Below are positions 10,401 through 25,400 of a DNA stretch of 64,000 nt, piece by piece. The stretch comes from Nemertoderma westbladi (lineage: Eukaryota > Animalia > Xenacoelomorpha), in assembly GCA_032718475.1 (NCBI GenBank), contig JAUCBJ010000109.1, positions 17,592 through 81,591 of the forward strand, given 5' to 3'. The first letter of the stretch is position 1. Every line of letters starts with the position of its first letter. Below the pieces are notes generated by a model that saw only the letters and a list, made by a program, of their open reading frames with translations, was not told the DNA's origin and did not search any database. A program made the position numbers and the translations under genes.

Positions 10401-13400
10401 TGTGGTGACTTACCTTACTACAGTAGTACTCCATCAACAGCTATGTAGATGTGGTGGTTTACCTTACTACAGTAGTACTCCATCAACAGCTATGTAGATG
10501 TGGTGGTTTACCTTACTACAGTAGTACTCCATCAACAGCATGTAGATGTGGTGACTTACCTTACTACAATGTGGTGGCTTACCTTACTACAGTAGTACTC
10601 CATCTACAGCTATGTAGATGTGGTGGTTTACCTTACTACAGTTAGTAGTACTCCATCTAAAGCTATATGTAGATGTGGTGGTTTACCCTACTACAGTAGT
10701 ACTCCATCAACAGCTATGTAGATGTGGTGACTTACCTTACTACAGTAGTACTCCATCAACAGCTATGTAGATGTAGTGGTTTACCTTACTACAGTAGTAC
10801 TCCATCTACAGCTATATGTAGATGTGGTGACTTACCTTACTACAGTAGTACTCCATCAACAGCTATGTAGATGTGGTGACTTACCTTACTACAGTAGTAC
10901 TCCATCAACAGCTATGTAGATGTGGTGACTTACCTCACTACAGTAGTACTCCATCAACAGCTATGTAGATGTGGTGGTTTACCTTACTACAGTAGTACTC
11001 CATCAACAGCTATGTAGATGTGGTGGTTTACCTTACTACAGTAGTACTCCATCAACAGCATGTAGATGTGGTGACTTACCTTACTACAATGTGGTGGCTT
11101 ACCTTACTACAGTAGTACTCCATCAACAGCTATGTAGATGTGGTGGTTTACCTTACTACAGTAGTACTCCATCTACAGCTATATGTAGATGTGGTGACTT
11201 ACCTTACTACAGTAGTACTCCATCAACAGCTATGTAGATGTGGTGACTTACCTTACTACAGTAGTACTCCATCAACAGCTATGTAGATGTGGTGGCTTAC
11301 CTTACTACAGTAGTACTCCATCAACAGCTATGTAGATGTGGTGGCTTACCTTACTACAGTAGTACTCCATCAACAGCTATGTAGATGTGGTGGTTTACCT
11401 TACTACAGTAGTACTCCATCAACAGCTATGTAGATGTGGTGGTTTACCTGACTACAGTAGTACTCCATCACCAGCTATGTAGACGTGGTGGTTTACCTTA
11501 CTACAGTAGTACTCCATCAACAGCTATGTATAGATGTGGTGACTTGCCTTACTACAGTAGTACTCCATCTACAGCTATATGTAGATGTGGTGGTTTACCT
11601 TACTACAGTTAGTAGTACTCCACCTACAGCTATATGTAGATGTGGTGGCTTATCTTACTACAGTAGTACTCCATCAACAGCTATGTAGATGTGGTGGTTT
11701 ACCTTACTACAGTAGTACTCCATCTACAGCTATATGTAGATGTGGTGGTTTACCTTACTACAGTAGTACTCCATCAACAGCTATGTAGATGTGGTGACTT
11801 ACCTTACTACAGTAGTACTCCATCAACAGCTATGTAGATGTGGTGGCTTACCTTACTACAGTAGTACTCCATCAACAGCTATGTAGATGTGGTGGTTTAC
11901 CTTACTACAGTAGTACTCCATCAACAGCTATGTAGATGTGGTGGTTTACCTTACTACAGTAGTACTCCATCAACAGCTATGTAGATGTGGTGGTTTACCT
12001 TACTACAGTAGTACTCCATCAACAGCTATGTAGATGTGGTGGTTTACCTTACTACAGTAGTACTCCATCTACAGCTATGTAGATGTGGTGACTTACCTTA
12101 CTACAGTAGTACTCCATCAACAGCTATGTAGATGTGGTGGTTTACCTTACTACAGTAGTACTCCATCAACAGCTATGTAGATGTGGTGGTTTACCTTACT
12201 ACAGTAGTACTCCATCAACAGCTATGTAGATGTGGTGGTTTACCTGACTACAGTAGTACTCCATCACCAGCTATGTAGACGTGATGGTTTACCTTACTAC
12301 AGTAGTACTCCATCAACAGCTATGTATAGATATGGTGACTTGCCTTACTACAGTAGTACTCCATCTACAGCTATATGTAGATGTGGTGGTTTACCTTACT
12401 ACAGTAGTACTCCATCACCAGCTATGTAGACGTGGTGGTTTACCTTACTACAGTAGTACTCCATCAACAGCTATGTATAGATATGGTGACTTGCCTTACT
12501 ACAGTAGTACTCCATCTACAGCTATATGTAGATGTGGTGGTTTACCTTACTACAGTAGTACTCCATCACCAGCTATGTAGACGTGGTGGTTTACCTTACT
12601 ACAGTAGTACTCCATCAACAGCTATGTATAGATGTGGTGACTTGCCTTACTACAGTAGTACTCCATCTACAGCTATGTAGATGTGGTGGTTTACCTTACT
12701 ACAGTAGTACTCAATCAACAGCTATGTATAGATGTGGTGACTTGCCTTACTACAGTAGTGCTCCATCTACAGCTATGTAGATGTGGTGGTTTACCTTACT
12801 ACAGTTAGTAGTACTCCACCTACAGCTATATGTAGATGTGGTGGCTTATCTTACTACAGTAGTACTCCATCAACAGCTATGTAGATGTGGTGGTTTACCT
12901 TACTACAGTAGTACTCCATCTACAGCTATATGTAGATGTGGTGGTTTACCTTACTACAGTAGTACTCCATCAACAGCTATGTAGATGTGGTGACTTACCT
13001 TACTACAGTAGTACTCCATCAACAGCTATGTAGATGTGGTGGCTTACCTTACTACAGTAGTACTCCATCAACAGCTATGTAGATGTGGTGACTTACCTTA
13101 CTACAGTAGTACTCCATCAACAGCTATGTAGATGTGGTGGTTTACCTTACTACAGTAGTACTCCATCAACAGCTATGTAGATGTGGTGGTTTACCTTACT
13201 ACAGTAGTACTCCATCAACAGCATGTAGATGTGGTGACTTACCTTACTACAATGTGGTGGCTTACCTTACTACAGTAGTACTCCATCTACAGCTATGTAG
13301 ATGTGGTGGTTTACCTTACTACAGTTAGTAGTACTCCATCTAAAGCTATATGTAGATGTGGTGGTTTACCCTACTACAGTAGTACTCCATCAACAGCTAT

Positions 13401-16400
13401 GTAGATGTGGTGACTTACCTTACTACAGTAGTACTCCATCAACAGCTATGTAGATGTAGTGGTTTACCTTACTACAGTAGTACTCCATCTACAGCTATAT
13501 GTAGATGTGGTGACTTACCTTACTACAGTAGTACTCCATCAACAGCTATGTAGATGTGGTGACTTACCTTACTACAGTAGTACTCCATCAACAGCTATGT
13601 AGATGTGGTGACTTACCTCACTACAGTAGTACTCCATCAACAGCTATGTAGATGTGGTGGTTTACCTTACTACAGTAGTACTCCATCAACAGCTATGTAG
13701 ATGTGGTGGTTTACCTTACTACAGTAGTACTCCATCAACAGCATGTAGATGTGGTGACTTACCTTACTACAATGTGGTGGCTTACCTTACTACAGTAGTA
13801 CTCCATCAACAGCTATGTAGATGTGGTGGTTTAACTTACTACAGTAGTACTCCATCAACAGCTATGTAGATGTGGTGACTTACCTTACTACAATGTGGTG
13901 ACTTACCTTACTACAGTAGTACTCCATCAACAGCTATGTAGATGTGGTGGCTTACCTTACTACAGTTGTAGTACTCCATCAACAGCTATGTAGATGTGGT
14001 GGCTTACCTTACTACAGTTAGTAGTACTTCCATCAACAGCTATGTAGATGTGGTGGTTTAACTTACTACAGTAGTACTCCATCAACAGCTATGTAGATGC
14101 GGTGGCTTACCTTACCACAGTAGTACTCCATCAACAGCTATGTAGATGTGGTGACTTACCTTACTACAGTAGTACTCCATCAACAGCTATGTAGATGTGG
14201 TGACTTACCTTACTACAGTAGTACTCCATCAACAGCTAGGTAGATGTGGTGGCTTACCTTACTACAGTTAGTAGTACTTCCATCAACAGCTATGTAGATG
14301 TAGTGGTTTAACTTACTACAGTAGTACTCCATCAACAGCTATGTAGATGCGGTGGCTTACCTTACCACAGTAGTACTCCATCAACAGCTATGTAGATGTG
14401 GTGACTTACCTTACTACAGTAGTACTCCATCAACAGCTATGTAGATGTGGTGACTTACCTTACTACAGTAGTACTCCATCAACAGCTATGTAGATGTGGT
14501 GACTTACCTTACTACAGTAGTACTCCATCAACAGCTATGTAAATGTGGTGATTTACCTTACTACAGTAGTACTCCATCACCAGCTATGTAGACGTGGTGG
14601 TTTACCTTACTACAGTAGTACTCCATCAACAGCTATGTATAGATATGGTGACTTGCCTTACTACAGTAGTACTCCATCTACAGCTATATGTAGATGTGGT
14701 GGTTTACCTTACTACAGTAGTACTCCATCACCAGCTATGTAGACGTGGTGGTTTACCTTACTACAGTAGTACTCCATCAACAGCTATGTATAGATGTGGT
14801 GACTTGCCTTACTACAGTAGTACTCCATCTACAGCTATGTAGATGTGGTGGTTTACCTTACTACAGTAGTACTCCATCAACAGCTATGTATAGATGTGGT
14901 GACTTGCCTTACTACAGTAGTACTCCATCTACAGCTATGTAGATGTGGTGGTTTACCTTACTACAGTTAGTAGTACTCCACCTACAGCTATATGTAGATG
15001 TGGTGGCTTATCTTACTACAGTAGTACTCCATCAACAGCTATGTAGATGTGGTGGTTTACCTTACTACAGTAGTACTCCATCTACAGCTATATGTAGATG
15101 TGGTGGTTTACCTTACTACAGTAGTACTCCATCAACAGCTATGTAGATGTGGTGACTTACCTTACTACAGTAGTACTCCATCAACAGCTATGTAGATGTG
15201 GTGGCTTACCTTACTACAGTAGTACTCCATCAACAGCTATGTAGATGTAGTGACTTACCTTACTACAGTAGTACTCCATCAACAGCTATGTAGATGTGGT
15301 GGTTTACCTTACTACAGTAGTACTCCATCAACAGCTATGTAGATGTGGTGGTTTACCTTACTACAGTAGTACTCCATCAACAGCATGTAGATGTGGTGAC
15401 TTACCTTACTACAATGTGGTGGCTTACCTTACTACAGTAGTACTCCATCTACAGCTATGTAGATGTGGTGGTTTACCTTACTACAGTTAGTAGTACTCCA
15501 TCTACAGCTATATGTAGATGTGGTGGTTTACCCTACTACAGTAGTACTCCATCAACAGCTATGTAGATGTGGTGACTTACCTTACTACAGTAGTACTCCA
15601 TCAACAGCTATGTAGATGTAGTGGTTTACCTTACTACAGTAGTACTCCATCTACAGCTATATGTAGATGTGGTGACTTACCTTACTACAGTAGTACTCCA
15701 TCAACAGCTATGTAGATGTGGTGACTTACCTTACTACAGTAGTACTCCATCAACAGCTATGTAGATGTGGTGACTTACCTCACTACAGTAGTACTCCATC
15801 AACAGCTATGTAGATGTGGTGGTTTACCTTACTACAGTAGTACTCCATCAACAGCTATGTAGATGTGGTGGTTTACCTTACTACAGTAGTACTCCATCAA
15901 CAGCATGTAGATGTGGTGACTTACCTTACTACAATGTGGTGGCTTACCTTACTACAGTAGTACTCCATCAACAGCTATGTAGATGTGGTGGTTTAACTTA
16001 CTACAGTAGTACTCCATCAACAGCTATGTAGATGTGGTGACTTACCTTACTACAATGTGGTGACTTACCTTACTACAGTAGTACTCCATCAACAGCTATG
16101 TAGATGTGGTGGCTTACCTTACTACAGTTGTAGTACTCCATCAACAGCTATGTAGATGTGGTGGCTTACCTTACTACAGTTAGTAGTACTTCCATCAACA
16201 GCTATGTAGATGTGGTTGTTTAACTTACTACAGTAGTACTCCATCAACAGCTATGTAGATGCGGTGGCTTACCTTACCACAGTAGTACTCCATCAACAGC
16301 TATGTAGATGTGGTGACTTACCTTACTACAGTAGTACTCCATCAACAGCTATGTAGATGTGGTGACGTACCTTACTACAGTAGTACTCCATCAACAGCTA

Positions 16401-19400
16401 TGTAAATGTGGTGATTTACCTTACTACAGTAGTACTCCATCAACAGCTATGTAGATGTGGTGACTTACCTTACTACAGTAGTACTCCATCAACAGCTATG
16501 TAGATGTGGTGGCTTACCTTACTACAGTTAGTAGTACTTCCATCAACAGCTATGTAGATGTGGTGGTTTAACTTACTACAGTAGTACTCCATCAACAGCT
16601 ATGTAGATGCGGTGGCTTACCTTACCACAGTAGTACTCCATCAACAGCTATGTAGATGTGGTGACTTACCTTACTACAGTAGTACTCCATCAACAGCTAT
16701 GTAGATGTGGTGACTTACCTTACTACAGTAGTACTCCATCAACAGCTATGTAAATGTGGTGATTTACCTTACTACAGTAGTACTCCATCAACAGCTATGT
16801 AGATGTGGTGACTTACCTTACTATAGTAGTACTCCAACAACAGCTATGTAGATGCGGTGGCTTACCTTACCACAGTAGTACTCCATCAACAGCTATGTAG
16901 ATGTGGTGGCTTACCTTACTACAGTAGTACTCCATCAACAGCTATGTAGATGTGGTGGCTTACCTAACTACAGTAGTACTCCATCAACAGCTATGTACTT
17001 ATGTAGATGTCGTGGCTTACCTTACTACAGTAGTACTCCATCAACAGCTATGTAGATGTTGTGACTTACCTTACTACAGTAGTACTCCATCTAACAGCTA
17101 TGTAGATGTGGTGGCTTACCTTACTACAGTAGTACTCCATCACCAGCTATGTAGATGTGGTGACTTACCTTACTACAGTAGTACTCCATCAACAGCTATG
17201 TAGATGTGGTGGCTTACCTTACTACAGTAGTACTCCATCAACAGCTATGTAGATGTGGTGACTTACCTTACTACAGTAGTACTCCATCTACAGCTATGTA
17301 GATGTGGTGGTTTACCTTACTACAGTTAGTAGTACTCCATCTACAGCTATATGTAGATGTGGTGGTTTACCCTACTACAGTAGTACTCCATCAACAGCTA
17401 TGTAGATGTGGTGACTTACCTTACTACAGTAGTACTCCATCAACAGCTATGTAGATGTAGTGGTTTACCTTACTACAGTAGTACTCCATCTACAGCTATA
17501 TGTAGATGTGGTGACTTACCTTACTACAGTAGTACTCCATCAACAGCTATGTAGATGTGGTGACTTACCTTACTACAGTAGTACTCCATCAACAGCTATG
17601 TAGATGTGGTGACTTACCTTACTACAGTAGTACTCCATCAACAGCTATGTAGATGTGGTGACTTACCTCACTACAGTAGTACTCCATCAACAGCTATGTA
17701 GATATGGTGGTTTACCTTACTACAGTAGTACTCCATCAACAGCTATGTAGATGTGGTGGTTTACCTTACTACAGTAGTACTCCATCAACAGCATGTAGAT
17801 GTGGTGACTTACCTTACTACAATGTGGTGGCTTACCTTACTACAGTAGTACTCCATCAACAGCTATGTAGATGTGGTGGTTTAACTTACTACAGTAGTAC
17901 TCCATCAACAGCTATGTAGATGTGGTGACTTACCTTACTACAATGTGGTGACTTACCTTACTACAGTAGTACTCCATCAACAGCTATGTAGATGTGGTGG
18001 CTTACCTTACTACAGTTGTAGTACTCCATCAACAGCTATGTAGATGTGGTGGCTTACCTTACTACAGTTAGTAGTACTTCCATCAACAGCTATGTAGATG
18101 TGGTGGTTTAACTTACTACAGTAGTACTCCATCAACAGCTATGTAGATGCGGTGGCTTACCTTACCACAGTAGTACTCCATCAACAGCTATGTAGATGTG
18201 GTGACTTACCTTACTACAGTAGTACTCCATCAACAGCTATGTAGATGTGGTGACTTACCTTACTACAGTAGTACTCCATCAACAGCTATGTAAATGTGGT
18301 GATTTACCTTACTACAGTAGTACTCCATCAACAGCTATGTAGATGTGGTGACTTACCTTACTACAGTAGTACTCCATCAACAGCTATGTAGATGTGGTGG
18401 CTTACCTTACTACAGTTAGTAGTACTTCCATCAACAGCTATGTAGATGTGGTGGTTTAACTTACTACAGTAGTACTCCATCAACAGCTATGTAGATGCGG
18501 TGGCTTACCTTACCACAGTAGTACTCCATCAACAGCTATGTAGATGTGGTGACTTACCTTACTACAGTAGTACTCCATCAACAGCTATGTAGATGTGGTG
18601 ACTTACCTTACTACAGTAGTACTCCATCAACAGCTATGTAAATGTGGTGATTTACCTTACTACAGTAGTACTCCATCAACAGCTATGTAGATGTGGTGAC
18701 TTACCTTACTATAGTAGTACTCCAACAACAGCTATGTCGATGCGGTGGCTTACCTTACCACAGTAGTACTCCATCAACAGCTATGTAGATGTGGTGGCTT
18801 ACCTTACTACAGTAGTACTCCATCAACAGCTATGTAGATGTGGTGGCTTACCTAACTACAGTAGTACTCCATCAACAGCTATGTACTTATGTAGATATCG
18901 TGGCTTACCTTACTACAGTAGTACTCCATCAACAGCTATGTAGATGTTGTGACTTACCTTACTACAGTAGTACTCCATCTAACAGCTATGTAGATGTGGT
19001 GGCTTACCTTACTACAGTAGTACTCCATCACCAGCTATGTAGACGTGGTGGCTTACCTTACTACAGTAGTACTCCATCAACAGCTATGTAGATGTGGTGG
19101 TTTACCTTAATACAGTAGTACTCCATCACCAACTATGTAGATGTGGTGACTTACCTTACTACAGTAGTACTCCATCAACAGCTATGTAGATGTGGTGGTT
19201 TACCTTACTACAGTAGTACTCCATCACCAACTATGTAGATGTGGTGACTTACCTTACTACAGTAGCACTCCATCAACAGCTATGTAGATGTGGTGACTTA
19301 CCTTACTACAGTAGTACTCCATCTACAGCTATATGTAGATGTGGTGGTTTACCTTACTACAGTAGTACTCCATCAACAGCTATGTAGATGTGGTGACTTA

Positions 19401-22400
19401 CCTTACTACAGTAGTAGATGTGGTGGTTTACCTTACCACAGTAGTACTCCATCAACAGCTATGTAGGTAGATGTGGTGACTTATCTTACTACAGTAGTAC
19501 TCCATCAACAGCTATGTAGATGTGGTGGCTTACCTTACTACAGTAGTACTCCATCAACAGCTATGTAGATGTGGTGACTTACCTTACTACAGTAGTACTC
19601 CATCAACAGCTATGTAGATGTGGTGGCTTACCTTACTACAGTAGTACTCCATCAACACCTATGTACTTATGTAGATGTGGTGGCTTACCTTACTACAGTA
19701 GTACTCCATCAACAGCTATGTAGATGTGGTGATTTACCTTACTACAGTAGTAATCCATCTAACAGCTATATAGATGTGGTGGCTTACCTTACTACAGTAG
19801 TACTCCATCACCAACTATGTAGATGTGGTGATTTACCTTACTACAGTAGTACTCCATCAACAGCTATGTAGATGTGGTGGCTTACCTTACTACAGTAGTA
19901 CTCCATCAACAGCTATGTAGATGTGGTGGTTTACATTACTACAGTAGTACTCCATCAACAGCTATGTAGATGTGGTGACTTACCTTACTACAGTAGTACT
20001 CCATCAACAGCTATGTAGATGTGGTGACTTACCTTACTACAGTAGTACTCTATCAACAGCTATGTAGATGTGGTGGCTTACCTTACTACAGTAGTACTCC
20101 ATCAACAACTATGTACTTATGTAGATGTGGTGGCTTACCTTACTACAGTAGTACTCCATCAACAGCTATGTAGATGTGGTGATTTACCTTACTACAGTAG
20201 TACTCCATCTAACAGCTCTATAGATGTGGTGGCTTACCTTACTACAGTAGTACTCCATCACCAACTATGTAGACGTGGTGGCTTACCTTACTACAGTAGT
20301 ACTCCATCAACAGCTATGTAGATGTGGTGGCTTACCTTACTACAGTAGTACTCCATCAACAGCTATGTAGATGTGGTGGTTTACATTACTACAGTAGTAC
20401 TCCATCAACAGCTATGTAGATGTGGTGGTTTACCTGACTACAGTAGTACTCCATCACCAGCTATGTAGACGTGGTGGTTTACCTTACTACAGTAGTACTC
20501 CATCAACAGCTATGTATAGATGTGGTGACTTGCCTTACTACAGTAGTACTCCATCTACAGCTATATGTAGATGTGGTGGTTTACCTTACTACAGTTAGTA
20601 GTACTCCACCTACAGCTATATGTAGATGTGGTGGCTTATCTTATTACAGTAGTACTCCATCAACAGCTATGTAGATGTGGTGGTTTACCTTACTACAGTA
20701 GTACTCCATCTACAGCTATATGTAGATGTGGTGGTTTACCTTACTACAGTAGTACTCCATCAACAGCTATGTAGATGTGGTGACTTACCTTACTACAGTA
20801 GTACTCCATCAACAGCTATGTAGATGTGGTGGCTTACCTTACTACAGTAGTACTCCATCAACAGCTATGTAGATGTGGTGACTTACCTTACTACAGTAGT
20901 ACTCCATCAACAGCTATGTAGATGTGGTGGTTTACCTTACTACAGTAGTACTCCATCAACAGCTATGTAGATGTGGTGGTTTACCTTACTACAGTAGTAC
21001 TCCATCAACAGCTATGTAGATGTGGTGGTTTACCTTACTACAGTAGTACTCCATCAACAGCTATGTAGATGTGGTGGTTTACCTTACTACAGTAGTACTC
21101 CATCTACAGCTATGTAGATGTGGTGACTTACCTTACTACAGTAGTACTCCATCAACAGCTATGTAGATGTGGTGGTTTACCTTACTACAGTAGTACTCCA
21201 TCAACAGCTATGTAGATGTGGTGGTTTACCTTACTACAGTAGTACTCCATCAACAGCTATGTAGATGTGGTGGTTTACCTGACTACAGTAGTACTCCATC
21301 ACCAGCTATGTAGACGTGGTGGTTTACCTTACTACAGTAGTACGCCATCAACAGCTATGTATAGATATGGTGACTTGCCTTACTACAGTAGTACTCCATC
21401 TACAGCTATATGTAGATGTGGTGGTTTACCTTACTACAGTAGTACTCCATCACCAGCTATGTAGACGTGGTGGTTTACCTTACTACAGTAGTACTCCATC
21501 AACAGCTATGTATAGATATGGTGACTTGCCTTACTACAGTAGTACTCCATCTACAGCTATATGTAGATGTGGTGGTTTACCTTACTACAGTAGTACTCCA
21601 TCACCAGCTATGTAGACGTGGTGGTTTACCTTACTACAGTAGTACTCCATCAACAGCTATGTATAGATGTGGTGACTTGCCTTACTACAGTAGTACTCCA
21701 TCTACAGCTATGTAGATGTGGTGGTTTACCTTACTACAGTAGTACTCCATCAACAGCTATGTATAGATGTGGTGACTTGCCTTACTACAGTAGTACTCCA
21801 TCTACAGCTATGTAGATGTGGTGGTTTACCTTACTACAGTTAGTAGTACTCCACCTACAGCTATATGTAGATGTGGTGGCTTATCTTACTACAGTAGTAC
21901 TCCATAAACAGCTATGTAGATGTGGTGGTTTACCTTACTACAGTAGTACTCCATCTACAGCTATATGTAGATGTGGTGGTTTACCTTACTACAGTAGTAC
22001 TCCATCAACAGCTATGTAGATGTGGTGACTTACCTTACTACAGTAGTACTCCATCAACAGCTATGTAGATGTGGTGGCTTACCTTACTACAGTAGTACTC
22101 CATCAACAGCTATGTAGATGTGGTGACTTACCTTACTACAGTAGTACTCCATCAACAGCTATGTAGATGTGGTGGTTTACCTTACTACAGTAGTAGATGT
22201 GGTGGTTTACCTTACCACAGTAGTACTCCATCAACAGCTATGTAGGTAGATGTGGTGACTTATCTTACTACAGTAGTACTCCATCAACAGCTATGTAGAT
22301 GTGGTGGCTTACCTTACTACAGTAGTACTCCATCAACAGCTATGTAGATGTGGTGACTTACCTTACTACAGTAGTACTCCATCAACAGCTATGTAGATGT

Positions 22401-25400
22401 GGTGGCTTACCTTACTACAGTAGTACTCCATCAACACCTATGTACTTATGTAGATGTGGTGGCTTACCTTACTACAGTAGTACTCCATCAACAGCTATGT
22501 AGATGTGGTGATTTACCTTACTACAGTAGTAATCCATCTAACAGCTATATAGATGTGGTGGCTTACCTTACTACAGTAGTACTCCATCACCAACTATGTA
22601 GATGTGGTGGTTTACCTTACTACAGTAGTACTCCATCAACAGCTATGTAGATGTGGTGGCTTACCTTACTACAGTAGTACTCCATCAACAGCTATGTAGA
22701 TGTGGTGGTTTACATTACTACAGTAGTACTCCATCAACAGCTATGTAGATGTGGTGACTTACCTTACTACAGTAGTACTCCATCAACAGCTATGTAGATG
22801 TGGTGACTTACCTTACTACAGTAGTACTCTATCAACAGCTATGTAGATGTGGTGGCTTACCTTACTACAGTAGTACTCCATCAACAACTATGTACTTATG
22901 TAGATGTGGTGGCTTACCTTACTACAGTAGTACTCCATCAACAGCTATGTAGATGTGGTGATTTACCTTACTACAGTAGTACTCCATCTAACAGCTCTAT
23001 AGATGTGGTGGCTTACCTTACTACAGTAGTACTCCATCACCAACTATGTAGACGTGGTGGCTTACCTTACTACAGTAGTACTCCATCAACAGCTATGTAG
23101 ATGTGGTGGCTTACCTTACTACAGTAGTACTCCATCAACAGCTATGTAGATGTGGTGGTTTACATTACTACAGTAGTACTCCATCAACAGCTATGTAGAT
23201 GTGGTGGTTTACCTGACTACAGTAGTACTCCATCACCAGCTATGTAGACGTGGTGGTTTACCTTACTACAGTAGTACTCCATCAACAGCTATGTATAGAT
23301 GTGGTGACTTGCCTTACTACAGTAGTACTCCATCTACAGCTATATGTAGATGTGGTGGTTTACCTTACTACAGTTAGTAGTACTCCACCTACAGCTATAT
23401 GTAGATGTGGTGGCTTATCTTACTACAGTAGTACTCCATCAACAGCTATGTAGATGTGGTGGTTTACCTTACTACAGTAGTACTCCATCTACAGCTATAT
23501 GTAGATGTGGTGGTTTACCTTACTACAGTAGTACTCCATCAACAGCTATGTAGATGTGGTGACTTACCTTACTACAGTAGTACTCCATCAACAGCTATGT
23601 AGATGTGGTGGCTTACCTTACTACAGTAGTACTCCATCAACAGCTATGTAGATGTGGTGACTTACCTTACTACAGTAGTACTCCATCAACAGCTATGTAG
23701 ATGTGGTGGTTTACCTTACTACAGTAGTACTCCATCAACAGCTATGTAGATGTGGTGGTTTACCTTACTACAGTAGTACTCCATCAACAGCTATGTAGAT
23801 GTGGTGGTTTACCTTACTACAGTAGTACTCCATCAACAGCTATGTAGATGTGGTGGTTTACCTTACTACAGTAGTACTCCATCTACAGCTATGTAGATGT
23901 GGTGACTTACCTTACTACAGTAGTACTCCATCAACAGCTATGTAGATGTGGTGGTTTACCTTACTACAGTAGTACTCCATCAACAGCTATGTAGATGTGG
24001 TGGTTTACCTTACTACAGTAGTACTCCATCAACAGCTATGTAGATGTGGTGGTTTACCTGACTACAGTAGTACTCCATCACCAGCTATGTAGACGTGGTG
24101 GTTTACCTTACTACAGTAGTACGCCATCAACAGCTATGTATAGATATGGTGACTTGCCTTACTACAGTAGTACTCCATCTACAGCTATATTTAGATGTGG
24201 TGGTTTACCTTACTACAGTAGTACTCCATCACCAGCTATGTAGACGTGGTGGTTTACCTTACTACAGTAGTACTCCATCAACAGCTATGTATAGATATGG
24301 TGACTTGCCTTACTACAGTAGTACTCCATCTACAGCTATATGTAGATGTGGTGGTTTACCTTACTACAGTAGTACTCCATCACCAGCTATGTAGACGTGG
24401 TGGTTTACCTTACTACAGTAGTACTCCATCAACAGCTATGTATAGATGTGGTGACTTGCCTTACTACAGTAGTACTCCATCTACAGCTATGTAGATGTGG
24501 TGGTTTACCTTACTACAGTAGTACTCCATCAACAGCTATGTATAGATGTGGTGACTTGCCTTACTACAGTAGTACTCCATCTACAGCTATGTAGATGTGG
24601 TGGTTTACCTTACTACAGTTAGTAGTACTCCACCTACAGCTATATGTAGATGTGGTGGCTTATCTTACTACAGTAGTACTCCATAAACAGCTATGTAGAT
24701 GTGGTGGTTTACCTTACTACAGTAGTACTCCATCTACAGCTATATGTAGATGTGGTGGTTTACCTTACTACAGTAGTACTCCATCAACAGCTATGTAGAT
24801 GTGGTGACTTACCTTACTACAGTAGTACTCCATCAACAGCTATGTAGATGTGGTGGCTTACCTTACTACAGTAGTACTCCATCAACAGCTATGTAGATGT
24901 GGTGACTTACCTTACTACAGTAGTACTCCATCAACAGCTATGTAGATGTGGTGGTTTACCTTACTACAGTAGTACTCCATCAACAGCTATGTAGATGTGG
25001 TGGTTTACCTTACTACAGTAGTACTCCATCAACAGCTATGTAGATGTGGTGGTTTACCTTACTACAGTAGTACTCCATCAACAGCTATGTAGATGTGGTG
25101 GTTTACCTTACTACAGTAGTACTCCATCTACAGCTATGTAGATGTGGTGACTTACCTTACTACAGTAGTACTCCATCAACAGCTATGTAGATGTGGTGGT
25201 TTACCTTACTACAGTAGTACTCCATCAACAGCTATGTAGATGTGGTGACTTACCTTACTACAGTAGTACTCCATCAACAGCTATGTAGATGTGGTGGTTT
25301 ACCTTACTACAGTAGTACTCCATCTACAGCTATATGTAGATGTGGTGGCTTACCTTACTACAGTAGTACTCCATCAACAGCTATGTAGATGTGGTGGCTT